DNA of 64,000 bases from Vicinamibacterales bacterium (GTDB lineage Bacteria; Acidobacteriota; Vicinamibacteria; Vicinamibacterales; UBA2999), in contig DATJEU010000071.1 of assembly GCA_035496255.1 (NCBI GenBank), positions 2,134-66,133 on the forward strand, given 5' to 3'. Below the pieces are notes generated by a model that ran no database searches, was not told the origin of the DNA, and saw only the letters and a program-made list of their open reading frames with translations. A program made the position numbers and the translations under genes. This document shows positions 44,799-55,249 of this stretch, one piece after another; within the stretch, counting starts at the first letter, position 1; each line of letters starts with the position of its first letter.

Positions 44799-45440
44799 AT
44801 GGGATCGCTCTTCTCGCCGCGCGCCAACCGCTCGTTCCGTGAAGCCTCGGTCCTCGCAGCCGCGATCCTCCTGATTGTTCCTCTCGCCCTCTGGGCGTTC
44901 GCCCGGACGCCGGCGGCAACCGGCCAGTACCGTGCGTACGCACAGCCCGTCCCGTTCGCACACACGCTGCACGCCAACGGACTGCGGATCGACTGCCGGT
45001 ATTGCCACGCCGGTGCAACGACGGCGGCGATGGCCGGCCTGCCTCCCACTGACGTCTGCGTGCCCTGCCATCTCGATGGGCTGCTGCGCTCTTCTCTTTT
45101 CACGCCGGTCAGAACGAGCCTCACCACCAGCCGCCCGGTGGCGTGGCGCCGGGTGACGCGTCTCGCCGACTTCGTGTTCTTCAATCACGCCGCGCACGTG
45201 CAGCACGGTGTCGAGTGCGACACCTGTCACGGGCCGGTCGAACTGATGTCAGAGGTCTACCAGGCCGCGCCGCTGACGATGGAGTGGTGTCTGCAGTGTC
45301 ACCGCGCCCCGGAGCGATACATCAACCTGCGGGACACCGGCATCAGCGGATGGAAGCGCACCGATGTCGCACGCAGCCAGGCGACGGTGCGCCACTATGA
45401 CGTGGCCCGACTCACGTCCTGCACTACGTGCCACCGGTGA
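44799..45440 (+). CDS. actA: Alternative complex III subunit ActA (membrane-anchored pentaheme cytochrome c)
   Basis: Five CxxCH motifs (CRYCH, CVPCH, CDTCH, CLQCH, CTTCH), N-terminal TM helix, first gene of the act operon. Confidence 0.85.
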   Translation: MGSLFSPRANRSFREASVLAAAILLIVPLALWAFARTPAATGQYRAYAQPVPFAHTLHANGLRIDCRYCHAGATTAAMAGLPPTDVCVPCHLDGLLRSSLFTPVRTSLTTSRPVAWRRVTRLADFVFFNHAAHVQHGVECDTCHGPVELMSEVYQAAPLTMEWCLQCHRAPERYINLRDTGISGWKRTDVARSQATVRHYDVARLTSCTTCHR

Positions 45441-45452
45441 GGAGCGCCTGAC

Positions 45453-48269
45453 GTGAGTGTCCCATTCGACGAGATGCGGAACCGCCTTGGCGCCGACACC
45501 ACCGGGTCCACGATCGATCCGATCGCCAGGCGCGACTTCATGAAGCTGCTCGGGGCGAGCCTCGCGCTCGCCGGCGTCGACGGCTGCACGCGGATGCCGG
45601 CGTCGAACATTCATCCTTACGTACATCAACCGGAACTCACGCCTGGCATCGCGCAGCACTATGCAACCGTGATGGCGGTCGACGGCTACGCCACCGGTTT
45701 ACTGGTCGAGAGCCACGAAGGACGGCCGACCAAGATCGAGGGCAACCCCGACCATCCCGCGAGCCTCGGGGCGACGGGCGTTCTCGAGCAGGCGTCGGTG
45801 CTGCAGCTCTACGACCCCGATCGCGCACGCCGCATCCGTCACGACGCCGCCTCCGCCTCGTGGGACGCACTCGCCGCGTTGCTCGGTCCTGAGTCGCTCG
45901 CCTCGCGAGCGGGTGCGCGTGGTGGCGGCCTGGCGTTACTCCTGGCGCCAACGTCCTCGCCGCTCGAAGAGGAGGTGCTCCATCGCGTGCTCGAGCGCTA
46001 TCCGGATGCACACCTGTGTTTCTACGCCCCGCTGATGCCGGCGCTGCCGGCGCACGTGACACAGTGGAGTGTCGGCGACGCCGACGTCATTCTGGCCGTC
46101 GACACGGACTTTCTTGCGTCGGGTCCGTTCCACCTCCGGCACGCACGGGCATTCGCCGGCCGGCGGAGGCCCGAATCGGCTCCGGGCGGCATGAACCGGC
46201 TCTACGTCGTCGAATCATCGATCAGCGTGACCGGCATGGGCGCGGATCATCGCCATGCGGTACGGCCGCGCGACATCTCTTCACTCCTGGAACGGCTGCT
46301 TGCTGCGATCGCGGGCGAAAGCCGACCCTCGTCACCCGACGACCAATGGCTGAACGTCGTCGCCGCGGATCTGCGCGCTCACGCCGGCCGGAGTCTCGTC
46401 ATCGCAGGGCCGCTCACGCCACCCGCGGTGCAGACGCTTGCGCTCGCGATCAACCAGGCGCTCGGCAACATCGACCGCACCATCTGGTTCACGCGCTCGC
46501 CGCTGGCGGGCGCGGGAGGATCGAACCCGTCGTTGTCGTCGATCGCGGACCGGATGCGCGGCGGTGACATCACGACGCTGATCTGTGCCGGAGTCAACGC
46601 CAGCTACGCAAGCGAAGGGCGGATGGAGCTGGGCGCCGCGATCCGGCGCGTTCCCGAAGCCGTGTATCTCGGTCTGTACGAAGACGAAACCGCCCGCGAT
46701 TGTCACTGGATCGTGCCGGCCGCCCACTATCTCGAGAGCTGGGGCGACGCCCGCGCCTACGACGGCACGCTGTCCGTGGTGCAGCCGTTGATTGAGCCTC
46801 TCGCCGGAGGCAGGACGCTCGTCGAACTGCTCTCGCTGCTGCTTGGCGATGCCCACGTGAGTCCGTACGACCTGCTGCGCGACACCTGGCGGGCGCGCGG
46901 CGATCTCGCACGGAGGCATGCGTTCGAAGACGACTGGCGCGACGTTCTCAGGCGCGGCCTGTTGCCGGGATCCGGATTTCCGCGTGAGAGCGCCCCGCCG
47001 TCGCCGAGTCCGATCGCCGCCGCCATGCCGGCGACCGCTCCCTTCGACGTCGTCTTTCGTCCGCACCCGCGCGTGCGCGATGGCGCCTTTGCGAACAGCG
47101 GATGGCTCCAGGAACTGCCGGATCCTGTAACCACCGTGACGTGGGAGAACGTCGCACAGGTGAGTGCCGCGACCGCGCAGCGCCTGGCGCTCACGACGGG
47201 AGATCTCGTCGACATCCGGGTGGAAGGCCGCAGCGTGCAGCTCCCGGCGGTCGTCGTCGGTGGACACGCGGATGACACCGCGACCATCACGTTCGGCCAC
47301 GGACGTACGGGTGCCGAATCGGTCGCACGCGGTGCGGGCGCCAATGTCTATCCACTCTGGCCCGGGGATCGCTTCAGCCGTGACGTCACCGTCTCACGCG
47401 CTTCCGGGTCGCGCCAGCTCGCGATCACGCAGCCGCATCGCAGCCTCGATGGATCGGCGGCCGTTCAATCGATCGATGCCGGTGCGCACGCAGTCGCCCG
47501 ACCCGACACGGCGCGACCCCTGCCGCTGTATCGAGCGCCGTCCACCGGCGACACGCCATCGCGCCTGCAATGGGCGATGACGATCGATCTCTCCGCCTGC
47601 ACCGGTTGTGGCGCGTGCATGGTCGCGTGTCAGGCCGAAAACAACGTCCCGGTGGTCGGCCGCGACCAGGTATTACTCGGCCGCGAAATGCACTGGCTGC
47701 GGATCGACTGGTACGCGCAGCCCGACGCAGCCACGACGCCGCAGCCGATGTTGTGCCAGCACTGCGAGGCTGCACCCTGCGAGTACGTCTGTCCGGTTGA
47801 AGCCACCGTGCACAGCCAGGATGGCCTCAATGAGATGGTCTACAACCGCTGCGTTGGCACGCGGTTCTGCTCGAACAACTGTCCCTACAAGGTGCGCCGC
47901 TTCAACTGGTTCGATTTCAACGCCGGCGGCGGCAGCGAGCGGCTGGTGCGAAACCCGGACGTGACGGTCCGCGAGCGCGGCGTGATGGAGAAGTGCACCT
48001 TCTGCGTGCAGCGGATCCGTGAAGCGGAGATTCACGCCCGCGCCGAGGGTCAGGCGCTGCGCGGGAGCGAGGTCCAGACCGCCTGCGAACAGGCCTGTCC
48101 GACGCAGGCGATTCTGTTCGGCTCGCTGGACGAACGCGACAGCGCGATGATGCACGCACGTGTGAGCGAGCGCGCGTACGCCGTGCTCGACGAGCTCGGC
48201 ACGGTGCCCCGGGTCAGGTACCTCGCTCGCGTCCGCAACCCGAACCCGGCGCTGGAGTCGCGCGCGTGA
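45453..48269 (+). CDS. actB: Alternative complex III subunit ActB (Tat-variant molybdopterin-oxidoreductase-like + 4Fe-4S ferredoxin fusion)
   Basis: 938 aa. [17 protein letters not shown] signal. C-terminal Cys clusters [35 protein letters not shown]. Confidence 0.9.
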   Translation: MSVPFDEMRNRLGADTTGSTIDPIARRDFMKLLGASLALAGVDGCTRMPASNIHPYVHQPELTPGIAQHYATVMAVDGYATGLLVESHEGRPTKIEGNPDHPASLGATGVLEQASVLQLYDPDRARRIRHDAASASWDALAALLGPESLASRAGARGGGLALLLAPTSSPLEEEVLHRVLERYPDAHLCFYAPLMPALPAHVTQWSVGDADVILAVDTDFLASGPFHLRHARAFAGRRRPESAPGGMNRLYVVESSISVTGMGADHRHAVRPRDISSLLERLLAAIAGESRPSSPDDQWLNVVAADLRAHAGRSLVIAGPLTPPAVQTLALAINQALGNIDRTIWFTRSPLAGAGGSNPSLSSIADRMRGGDITTLICAGVNASYASEGRMELGAAIRRVPEAVYLGLYEDETARDCHWIVPAAHYLESWGDARAYDGTLSVVQPLIEPLAGGRTLVELLSLLLGDAHVSPYDLLRDTWRARGDLARRHAFEDDWRDVLRRGLLPGSGFPRESAPPSPSPIAAAMPATAPFDVVFRPHPRVRDGAFANSGWLQELPDPVTTVTWENVAQVSAATAQRLALTTGDLVDIRVEGRSVQLPAVVVGGHADDTATITFGHGRTGAESVARGAGANVYPLWPGDRFSRDVTVSRASGSRQLAITQPHRSLDGSAAVQSIDAGAHAVARPDTARPLPLYRAPSTGDTPSRLQWAMTIDLSACTGCGACMVACQAENNVPVVGRDQVLLGREMHWLRIDWYAQPDAATTPQPMLCQHCEAAPCEYVCPVEATVHSQDGLNEMVYNRCVGTRFCSNNCPYKVRRFNWFDFNAGGGSERLVRNPDVTVRERGVMEKCTFCVQRIREAEIHARAEGQALRGSEVQTACEQACPTQAILFGSLDERDSAMMHARVSERAYAVLDELGTVPRVRYLARVRNPNPALESRA

Positions 48270-49630
48270 GCGCGCAGGTCCTGGTCGCGCCGCCGGATCT
48301 GCCGGTCACCACTGCGGGCGATCGCGAGATCGTCGAGGCGGTCCTTGCGCCGCTGCGAACGACGCCACCACTCTGGTGGGTGCTCTTCGCGATCTGCGCC
48401 GCCGGCACGGTGCTCTGGCTGGGTGCGGTCGTCTACACCGTGGCGGCCGGCATCGGCGTGTGGGGCAACAACATTCCGGTCGCGTGGGCGTTCGCCATCG
48501 TGAATTTCGTGTGGTGGATCGGTATCGGGCACGCGGGCACCTTCATTTCCGCGTTCCTGATGCTGCTCAATCAACCCTGGCGCGCGGCCGTCAGCCGCAT
48601 CGCCGAGTCGATGACGCTCATCGCCGTCGCGATCGCCGGCACATTCCCGCTCCTGCACCTGGGCCGGCCGTGGTTCTTCTACTGGCTCACGCCCTATCCG
48701 TCGACGATGGGTGTGTGGCCGAACTTCAAGAGCGCGCTGGCATGGGACGTTGCAGCCGTCGTGTCCTACTTCATCGTCTCGACGACGTTCTTCTATCTCG
48801 GCGCCATCCCTGACCTCGCGCTGGCCCGCGACGGCCTGCAGGGACGCCGGCGCCGGCAGGTGTACGGCGTGTTCGCGCTGGGATGGAATGGCGCGGGAAC
48901 ACAGTGGCGGCGCCGGCGCGCGGCTCTGAAGATCATCGCCGGCATCGTTGCCGCACTCGTCGTGTCGGTCCACAGCATCGTCAGTCTCGATTTCAGCATC
49001 GCGCAACTGGCCGGCTGGCATTCAACCAATCTGCCGCCGTACTTCGTGATTGGCGCGGTCTATTCCGGGGTTGCGATGGTCCTGGTGCTGGTCGTACCGA
49101 TCCGCCGCCTCTACCGGCTCGAATCGATCATCACGCTCGACCATCTCGACAAGCTCGCCAGGCTCCTGCTGACGATCGGCTTGCTGCTGACGTACTGCTA
49201 CGTCGTCGAGTTCGTGATCGCGAGCCGATCGAGCGATCCATTGGAGCGGACGACGTACCTGCAGCACTGGCCGTTCGGCTACTTCGGTTGGCTCTTTTGG
49301 TTGATGCTCGTCTTCAATGTCGGCACACCGCAGCTGCTCTGGAGCGCACGCCTCCGCCGGACGCCGGCGGTACTCGCCGGCGCCGGAGTCGCGATTCTCG
49401 CCGGCATGTGGCTGGAACGATTCATCATCGTCGTGGCCTCGCTGGCACAAGGCGCGCTTCCATCGAGCTGGTTCGCGTACCGGCCAACGTGGGTGGACTG
49501 GTCGATCCTCGCTGGATCGCTGAGCCTGTTCGGCCTCGTCTTCCTGCTGTTTCTCCGATTCGTTCCCGCCGCGGCGACCGACGAGCTCCGGCGCGATCGA
49601 TTCGAGCGCGCGGCGCGGGTGCAGCGATGA
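48266..49630 (+). CDS. actC: Alternative complex III subunit ActC (NrfD/PsrC-type quinol-interacting membrane subunit)
   Basis: 454 aa, about 10 TM. GVWGNNIPVAWAFAIVNFVWWIGIGHAGTFISA NrfD-family motif. GTGA overlap with actB. Confidence 0.9.
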   Translation: MSAQVLVAPPDLPVTTAGDREIVEAVLAPLRTTPPLWWVLFAICAAGTVLWLGAVVYTVAAGIGVWGNNIPVAWAFAIVNFVWWIGIGHAGTFISAFLMLLNQPWRAAVSRIAESMTLIAVAIAGTFPLLHLGRPWFFYWLTPYPSTMGVWPNFKSALAWDVAAVVSYFIVSTTFFYLGAIPDLALARDGLQGRRRRQVYGVFALGWNGAGTQWRRRRAALKIIAGIVAALVVSVHSIVSLDFSIAQLAGWHSTNLPPYFVIGAVYSGVAMVLVLVVPIRRLYRLESIITLDHLDKLARLLLTIGLLLTYCYVVEFVIASRSSDPLERTTYLQHWPFGYFGWLFWLMLVFNVGTPQLLWSARLRRTPAVLAGAGVAILAGMWLERFIIVVASLAQGALPSSWFAYRPTWVDWSILAGSLSLFGLVFLLFLRFVPAAATDELRRDRFERAARVQR

Positions 49631-50148
49631 CGGTGCTGCTGGAATTTGCCACCGCCGAAGGCGCGGTGCACGCGGTGCGAACGCTGACCGCGGTCGGATA
49701 TCTCGACATCGAGACGCATGCGCCGTTTCCGTTGACGGAGGACGAGGCGCGCGGACGCGGCGGATCGTTCCCAATCGCACCGCTCGCACTCGGCGCGGGT
49801 GTCGTCGCGATGGCCGCCGCTTACTTCATCCAGTGGTACGCCAACGTGTGGTCGTACCCGATCGACACCGGTGGCCGCCCGCTGCACGCCGGCCCTGCGT
49901 TCGTTCCGACGGTGTTCGAAACGATCGGCCTGATCGCCACCCTGGCCGCGTTCTTTGGCTTCCTGCTGCTTGAACGGCTGCCACGCCTCTGGCAACCGCT
50001 CTTCGACGTCGATGGCTTCGAGCGATCGGCCGTCGATCGTTTCTGGCTGGAACTCGAGACGGACGACACGGTTGAAGCGGTCGATCGTGTCACGCGGGAT
50101 GCGATGCCTCTGGAGCCGCTGCGGATCGTCATCGGCAGCGACACATGA
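49627..50148 (+). CDS. actD: Alternative complex III subunit ActD (DUF3341)
   Basis: ATGA overlap with actC. MTVLLEFATAEGAVHAVRTLTAVGYLDIETHAPFP, then 2 TM helices. Confidence 0.85.
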   Translation: MTVLLEFATAEGAVHAVRTLTAVGYLDIETHAPFPLTEDEARGRGGSFPIAPLALGAGVVAMAAAYFIQWYANVWSYPIDTGGRPLHAGPAFVPTVFETIGLIATLAAFFGFLLLERLPRLWQPLFDVDGFERSAVDRFWLELETDDTVEAVDRVTRDAMPLEPLRIVIGSDT

Positions 50149-50636
50149 CAACGCGGATATGGCAGTTCGTCGTGTCGGTCGCGGTTGCGTGTTCCGGAGT
50201 CGCATGCTCCCCGCAACTCGACTTCGAGCGGATGCGGCAGCAGTCCCGCGCAGACGCCTATTCCGCCGGCGACGTCCCAACGATGCGAGTGCCTCCGGCC
50301 GGCACGGTGCCGATCGCCACAACCGACTCGTCGCTCTCGAGCGGCGAGCACGGGCGACTGCAATACGACGTCTTCTGTGCGGTCTGTCACGGACCGGATG
50401 GATCAGGACAATCGGTGATGGCCGGCAACATGCCGGACATGGCGCCGCCGTCGCTGACCGCGCCTGACGCACGCGGACGCTCGGACGATGAACTGCTGGA
50501 CATCGTCAGCCATGGCAAGCGGCGGATGCCCGGGTATGACTGGGCACTGACCGATGTCGAACGAGGGGCCGTTGTCGCGTACGTTCGACGCCTGCAGCAG
50601 ACGACTCCCGCACAACAGGAGGCGCAGACGCGATGA
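50145..50636 (+). CDS. actE: Alternative complex III subunit ActE (monoheme cytochrome c lipoprotein)
   Basis: ATGA overlap. Lipobox-like AVACSGVAC. Single CAVCHGPDGSG heme motif and a downstream Met ligand region. Confidence 0.85.
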   Translation: MTTRIWQFVVSVAVACSGVACSPQLDFERMRQQSRADAYSAGDVPTMRVPPAGTVPIATTDSSLSSGEHGRLQYDVFCAVCHGPDGSGQSVMAGNMPDMAPPSLTAPDARGRSDDELLDIVSHGKRRMPGYDWALTDVERGAVVAYVRRLQQTTPAQQEAQTR

Positions 50637-51694
50637 AGATCAGTATCGGCGGCGCCGCGATCGGCGGTGTCGTTCTCCTGCTCGGGCTGATGCTGCGTGG
50701 CGATCGTATTGCGGCTTCGTACCTCGCGATGTACACCGCAACGGTCAGCACCGCGATCGGCGTGCTGCTCATGATCATGATTGCGCACCTGAGCGGGGCC
50801 ATCTGGTTCGTTCCGTTCCGGCCGGCAGCGGAAACGATCACGGCCGCTCTCCCATGGCTCGCCGCCCTCGCCATCCCGCTGGTGATCCTCTCACCCGCCG
50901 TCAGTACGTACTTCACGCTGCGTGCGGTGATGTATTGGGCGGTGTGGCTGGGCATCGGCGAACTGCTGCTGCGCAACTCGCGCGAGGTGGCATCGCAGTC
51001 GACGGATCAACGCAGCGCCCGCATGACAGTACTCGGTGCTGCCGGTATTCCAGCCGCGGCGCTCGCGCTGACCTTCGCGGCGTTCGACTGGATGATGTCC
51101 CTGTCGCCGGGATGGTCGTCCACGGTTTATGGTCCGTACGTGTGCACCGGTGGAGTGGTGGCGGCGCTGGCAGTCCTCGCCGTCGCCGGCACCGCCGCGA
51201 GGGACGACGCGATCGCCGCCGGCCGCGAGCACTACCAGAGCCTTGGGCAACTGCTGCTCGCGTGCGTCCTGCTGTGGGCCTACTTGTGGTACTCGCAGTT
51301 CTTCGTCATCTGGATCGCAAGCCTGCCGCGAGAGGTCTCCTGGTACGTCGTACGGTTCGCGTCACCGTGGAGAGGGCTCACCACCACGCTCGTCGTCACG
51401 GCGTTCCTGCTCCCATTTCTCGTCCTGCTGTTCCGCACCGCGCGTGGTTCACGCGCCCTCATGATCGGTCTGGCCGCGTGGCTGCTCATCGCCCACTACG
51501 CCGACGTGTACTGGCTCGTAGTTCCGTCGATGCGTTCGCGCTGGGTTCCGAGTGATCTGCTCTGGGATCTCGCCGCCGCTTCGTTCGTCATCGGGAGCAC
51601 CGCGGCCGTGGCCATCTGGCGGCACAGGACGTCATCGCTCGAGTTCGTGGACGACGCTGCGTTCGAAGCCGTATTGCGGTACGAGGCGCCCTGA
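50633..51694 (+). CDS. actF: Alternative complex III subunit ActF (membrane subunit)
   Basis: ATGA overlap with actE. 353 aa, polytopic. Position and topology fit ActF, though somewhat shorter than I would expect. Confidence 0.65.
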   Translation: MKISIGGAAIGGVVLLLGLMLRGDRIAASYLAMYTATVSTAIGVLLMIMIAHLSGAIWFVPFRPAAETITAALPWLAALAIPLVILSPAVSTYFTLRAVMYWAVWLGIGELLLRNSREVASQSTDQRSARMTVLGAAGIPAAALALTFAAFDWMMSLSPGWSSTVYGPYVCTGGVVAALAVLAVAGTAARDDAIAAGREHYQSLGQLLLACVLLWAYLWYSQFFVIWIASLPREVSWYVVRFASPWRGLTTTLVVTAFLLPFLVLLFRTARGSRALMIGLAAWLLIAHYADVYWLVVPSMRSRWVPSDLLWDLAAASFVIGSTAAVAIWRHRTSSLEFVDDAAFEAVLRYEAP

Positions 51695-52215
51695 TGCGGA
51701 CCGGCAGGATCGTCGGCGGCGGCGTGCTTGCCGGCGTGATCTCCGCAGTTGCAGTGGCGCTGATCGGCGGGCGGCTTGGTTTCCGCGTGTCGCCGTGGGA
51801 CTGGTCGTCGCCGGCCGGCGGATCACTGGGGCGCTGGTTGGAATTGTCGTGGGTGGCGATCGCGCTCGTGCCGGTGATGGTCGTTGCCGGAGTCATCACT
51901 GCGGCTGTCTGCGCGGCGGTATTCGAGTGCGTCACCGGCCGCGGCGGATGGGGATTGGGCGGCGTGGTCGGTCTGTTCACAGGAACCATCGCCTTCTCGG
52001 TCGTGGGACTGCTGCCATGGGCAGCATCGTGGTACGGCTACGCCTACTTCCCCATCGTCGCGCCGTTCGGCCGTTCCGATCCCGTCTGGCCGTTCGTGTT
52101 GATCATTGCCGTCGGAGTGGCAATGGGATCGATTACGGGTGCGATGTACGGCGCACCAGTGCACGCCGGACATTCGCCACCACGGCTCCGCTGGCGGCAG
52201 ATCTATCCACCTTGA
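51694..52215 (+). CDS. Glycine-rich 4-TM membrane protein of unknown function, translationally coupled to actF
   Basis: TGATG 1-nt overlap with the actF stop. GGWGLGGVVGLFTGTIAFSVVGLL. No family recognised. Confidence 0.55.
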   Translation: MRTGRIVGGGVLAGVISAVAVALIGGRLGFRVSPWDWSSPAGGSLGRWLELSWVAIALVPVMVVAGVITAAVCAAVFECVTGRGGWGLGGVVGLFTGTIAFSVVGLLPWAASWYGYAYFPIVAPFGRSDPVWPFVLIIAVGVAMGSITGAMYGAPVHAGHSPPRLRWRQIYPP

Positions 52216-52227
52216 TGCATGGGGCGA

Positions 52228-52260
52228 GCCTTGTCAGGCGGCCCGCGGACCTGACAAGGC
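52228..52260 (+). terminator. Hairpin (11-bp stem GCCTTGTCAGG / CCTGACAAGGC, 11-nt loop) after the act operon
   Basis: Perfect inverted repeat starting 13 nt after the 51694-52215 stop. No U-tract. Confidence 0.5.
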
Positions 52261-52324
52261 CCGCGCCATGTTGGCCAGTCGGGCGAGCGCCACGCTGGCG
52301 TCGAAGATGCACAACGAAATCGCC

Positions 52325-52732
52325 ATGACGGCTCGACCGGACGCCGATACTTCGTTCGGAGAACTGATCGGCGACGTGCTGCGCGACGTCCGCACGCTGG
52401 TGCGCCAGGAAGTCGCGCTGGCACGCGTTGAAGTCCGCGAAGAAATACGACTGGTACTTCTGATCGCCGGGCTCATCGCGGCGGGGGCAGGCACGCTCGG
52501 GATTGGCGGCGTGTGGATCCTGGTCGGCATCACACGGGCGATCGCGCGGATGTTCGAGTGGCCGCTCGCCGGCGTCTTCGCCGGTATCGGCGCTGTGCTC
52601 GTGGTGATCGGATTGATCGTGCTGGCGATCGCGTGGCGGCAGGTGGGCACTCTGCGATTGCTGCCGCGCACGCGCGCATCACTCCAGGAAAACGCCGAAT
52701 GGGCCGCACGCCACGTGAAGCCGGCAGTGTAA
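52325..52732 (+). CDS. Holin-X / phage holin 3_6 superfamily (DUF1469-like) membrane protein
   Basis: SFGELIGDVLRDVRTLVRQEVALARVEVREE followed by two TM helices. Start ambiguous (in-frame ATGs at 52268, 52307, 52325; none with an obvious RBS). Confidence 0.65.
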   Translation: MTARPDADTSFGELIGDVLRDVRTLVRQEVALARVEVREEIRLVLLIAGLIAAGAGTLGIGGVWILVGITRAIARMFEWPLAGVFAGIGAVLVVIGLIVLAIAWRQVGTLRLLPRTRASLQENAEWAARHVKPAV

Positions 52733-52759
52733 AGCACACCCCAAGGCGCGCACGCGCGA

Positions 52760-55144
52760 TTATGCGATCGCTGTACGAGCGACCAGTTGCTTGACGGCCC
52801 GCGCGAGTTCGTCGGGCGCGATCGGTTTCACCAGGTGCAGATCGAAACCCGCCTGCAGGATTTCACGCCGCTCGTCCGCGCCGGCGTGCGCGGTCACTGC
52901 CGCCGCCGGCAGCGCCGCCAGCCGCGGCTCACCGCTGGCGCGAATCCGTCGAATCAGCGAACATCCATCCTCGCCCGGCATCGCGATGTCGGCCAGCAGC
53001 ACGTCGTAGCGCGAGCCGCGCAGTCGCTCGTACGCCTCCGGCGCCGATGCCGCCGTCGTCACGTCGGCACCACAGTGCTTCAGCGCAAACGCCATCAGTT
53101 CCAGCGTGGCCGGTTCGTCGTCTACCGCCAGTACCCGCACGTCGTCGAGCCGCGTCCATACCACCGGCTCCTTCTGGGCAGGTGCGGCCGGCTGTTCGGC
53201 ACGTGCGGCACGCGTCTCACCGGACGCAAGCGGAAGCCGCACATGAAAGGATGCCCCCTCGCCGCTACCGGCGCTCGACGCGGTGATCGAGCCGCCGTGC
53301 GCATCCACGAGTTGACGGGCAATCGCCAGGCCGAGTCCAAGACCGCCGTAGGCGCGGGTGCTCGTGCTGTCGGCCTGCCGGAAGCGATCGAAGACGTGCG
53401 GCAGGAACGCCGGATCGATGCCGATGCCGCTGTCGGTGATCGTGATGTCGGCGGCGCCGTCGATCACGCGGGTGGTGACGTCGACGCGGCCGTCCCGCGG
53501 TGTGAACTTCAGCGCGTTGCCGATGATGTTGAAGAGCACCTGCTCCAGCCGGCGCCGGTCCCCGCGGACGACGGCCGATTCAACGCAGGAGAAGTGCAGT
53601 TCGACGCCGTTCGATGCCGCAACCGGCGTGAGCGATTCGACCACGGCGCCCACGACTTCGCCCGATTGCACGTCCTGGCGATCCAGCGTGGCGATGCCCG
53701 CGGCGATCCGCGAGACGTCGAGCAGATCATCGATCAACTTGGCCTGGCGTGTGGCGTTGTCCTGGATCGATCTTGCCGCGCGCTGGCCGAGTGCCGCGTC
53801 GAGCCCGGTCTTCTGCAGCATCGCCGACCATCCGAGCACCGCATTGAGCGGCGTGCGGAGCTCGTGAGACACGATCGAGAGGAACTCATCCTTCAGCCGG
53901 CTTGCCGCCTCGGCCTCGCTGCGCGCGCGCTGCGCCGATTCATAAAGGCGCGCGCGATCCAGTGCCTGCGTGCAGTGCTGCGCCACCGACACGAGCAACG
54001 TCCGATACTCGTCGTCGAAATTGACCGGGACGCTGAAGTCGAACCGCAGGACGCCGACCACGGCGCCGTCGATCACGAGCGGCAGCGCCGCGGAGGATTC
54101 GAAGCCGCCATCAGCCGCCCGCGATGCCGACCGCCAGAAGCGCTCCTGGGCCTCGGCCCACGAACTGACGAATACCGGCGCGTGCGTCGTGACCGCTTCC
54201 ACTTCGTACAAACCCGGTTCGATCTCGAGGCAATCCGCCGGGTCGGCGTCCGGCTGATGTCCGTCACCGTCAGCGCAGGTGAGCACATGAAACTGTGTCT
54301 GCGCTTCGTCGAGCATCAGCACGTCGCCAGCGCTCGCGCCGACGACCACGGTCGCATGCTCGACGATGGCGGCGGCGACCGCCTGCGTGTTGACGGCTTC
54401 CGACAGCCGCGCCGTCATCGTGTGAAGCCGGGTAGTGCGGGTGGCAAGCGCGCGGTAACGCGTCTCGCTGGCGCGCAACGCCAGCTCGGTCTGCTGCCGG
54501 CGAACCAGTTCCTGGTCGGCCCGTGCGCGGAGCGTTTCCGCTTCTACGCGCGCGCGATGATCGGCTTCCTGTCCCGATGTGCGCTCGAGCGCCCGGCCGG
54601 CGTGACCCGCCACCGCCACCAGCAGCGCGTGATCGCCTTCGGTCAGCGTTCGCCGGTGCGAAAAGTCGATCCGTACGATCGCCGCCACGTCACGCCGCGC
54701 GATGATCGGCACGAAGGCGATTGGTGCGCCCGCCGACTCGATCACGAGGGGGTGGCGACCGTTCACCGCATCGGTCGTGTGCTCTGCCGGAAACAGCTCG
54801 CCGGCGCTCTTGAGACGATCTTCGTACCCGGCCGAGCGGGTCAGGGTGGGTATGCCGTCCTGCAGGGTCCCGACCGCGCCCGCGTCGCCGCGGAGCGCGT
54901 GCAGCGCTTCGTGCAGCGCGACATCGAGCGCCTCGTCCGATCGCCGGACGCGCGCGAACGCGCCGGCCAGGTCGGCGAGCCGGTCGGCATGCCTCGCCGC
55001 TTCTTCAGCGGCATTGCGGCGCCGGCGCTCCGCCCGCAGCGTCCATCGGGTCCTCAGGACCGCGACGACCGCGACGGCCACGATCAGGACATCCAACCAC
55101 CGGTGCAACATGTAACGGATCTGGGTGCGGCTCGAACCGAGCAA
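52760..55144 (-). CDS. Hybrid sensor histidine kinase/response regulator with GAF-type sensory domains
   Basis: 794 aa. N-terminal TM helix. FLSIVSHELRTPLNAVLGW (H-box), N/G1/G2 boxes, C-terminal receiver VLAVDDEPATLE...DVLLADIAMPGEDG. Confidence 0.9.
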   Translation of the reverse strand: MLGSSRTQIRYMLHRWLDVLIVAVAVVAVLRTRWTLRAERRRRNAAEEAARHADRLADLAGAFARVRRSDEALDVALHEALHALRGDAGAVGTLQDGIPTLTRSAGYEDRLKSAGELFPAEHTTDAVNGRHPLVIESAGAPIAFVPIIARRDVAAIVRIDFSHRRTLTEGDHALLVAVAGHAGRALERTSGQEADHRARVEAETLRARADQELVRRQQTELALRASETRYRALATRTTRLHTMTARLSEAVNTQAVAAAIVEHATVVVGASAGDVLMLDEAQTQFHVLTCADGDGHQPDADPADCLEIEPGLYEVEAVTTHAPVFVSSWAEAQERFWRSASRAADGGFESSAALPLVIDGAVVGVLRFDFSVPVNFDDEYRTLLVSVAQHCTQALDRARLYESAQRARSEAEAASRLKDEFLSIVSHELRTPLNAVLGWSAMLQKTGLDAALGQRAARSIQDNATRQAKLIDDLLDVSRIAAGIATLDRQDVQSGEVVGAVVESLTPVAASNGVELHFSCVESAVVRGDRRRLEQVLFNIIGNALKFTPRDGRVDVTTRVIDGAADITITDSGIGIDPAFLPHVFDRFRQADSTSTRAYGGLGLGLAIARQLVDAHGGSITASSAGSGEGASFHVRLPLASGETRAARAEQPAAPAQKEPVVWTRLDDVRVLAVDDEPATLELMAFALKHCGADVTTAASAPEAYERLRGSRYDVLLADIAMPGEDGCSLIRRIRASGEPRLAALPAAAVTAHAGADERREILQAGFDLHLVKPIAPDELARAVKQLVARTAIA

Positions 55145-55249
55145 GCGCCACGCCGAAGTATGCCACCTCTATGTTGTTGAGCCGGCGCAGTCTGGATCGC
55201 GTGATGTAAAAATTTCTTCCCGCGGCGTCGGCGGAGCATCCACTGCCGG

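Noticed and set aside
52325-52732. Prophage remnant suggested by a holin-family protein
   Set aside because: No lysin, portal, terminase, integrase or att-like repeats are anywhere nearby. Holin-X/DUF1469 proteins are common chromosomal stress-associated membrane proteins.
52787-55180. 797-aa + strand ORF antisense to the hybrid histidine kinase
   Set aside because: Arg-rich low complexity. The minus strand carries H, N and G boxes and a receiver domain.
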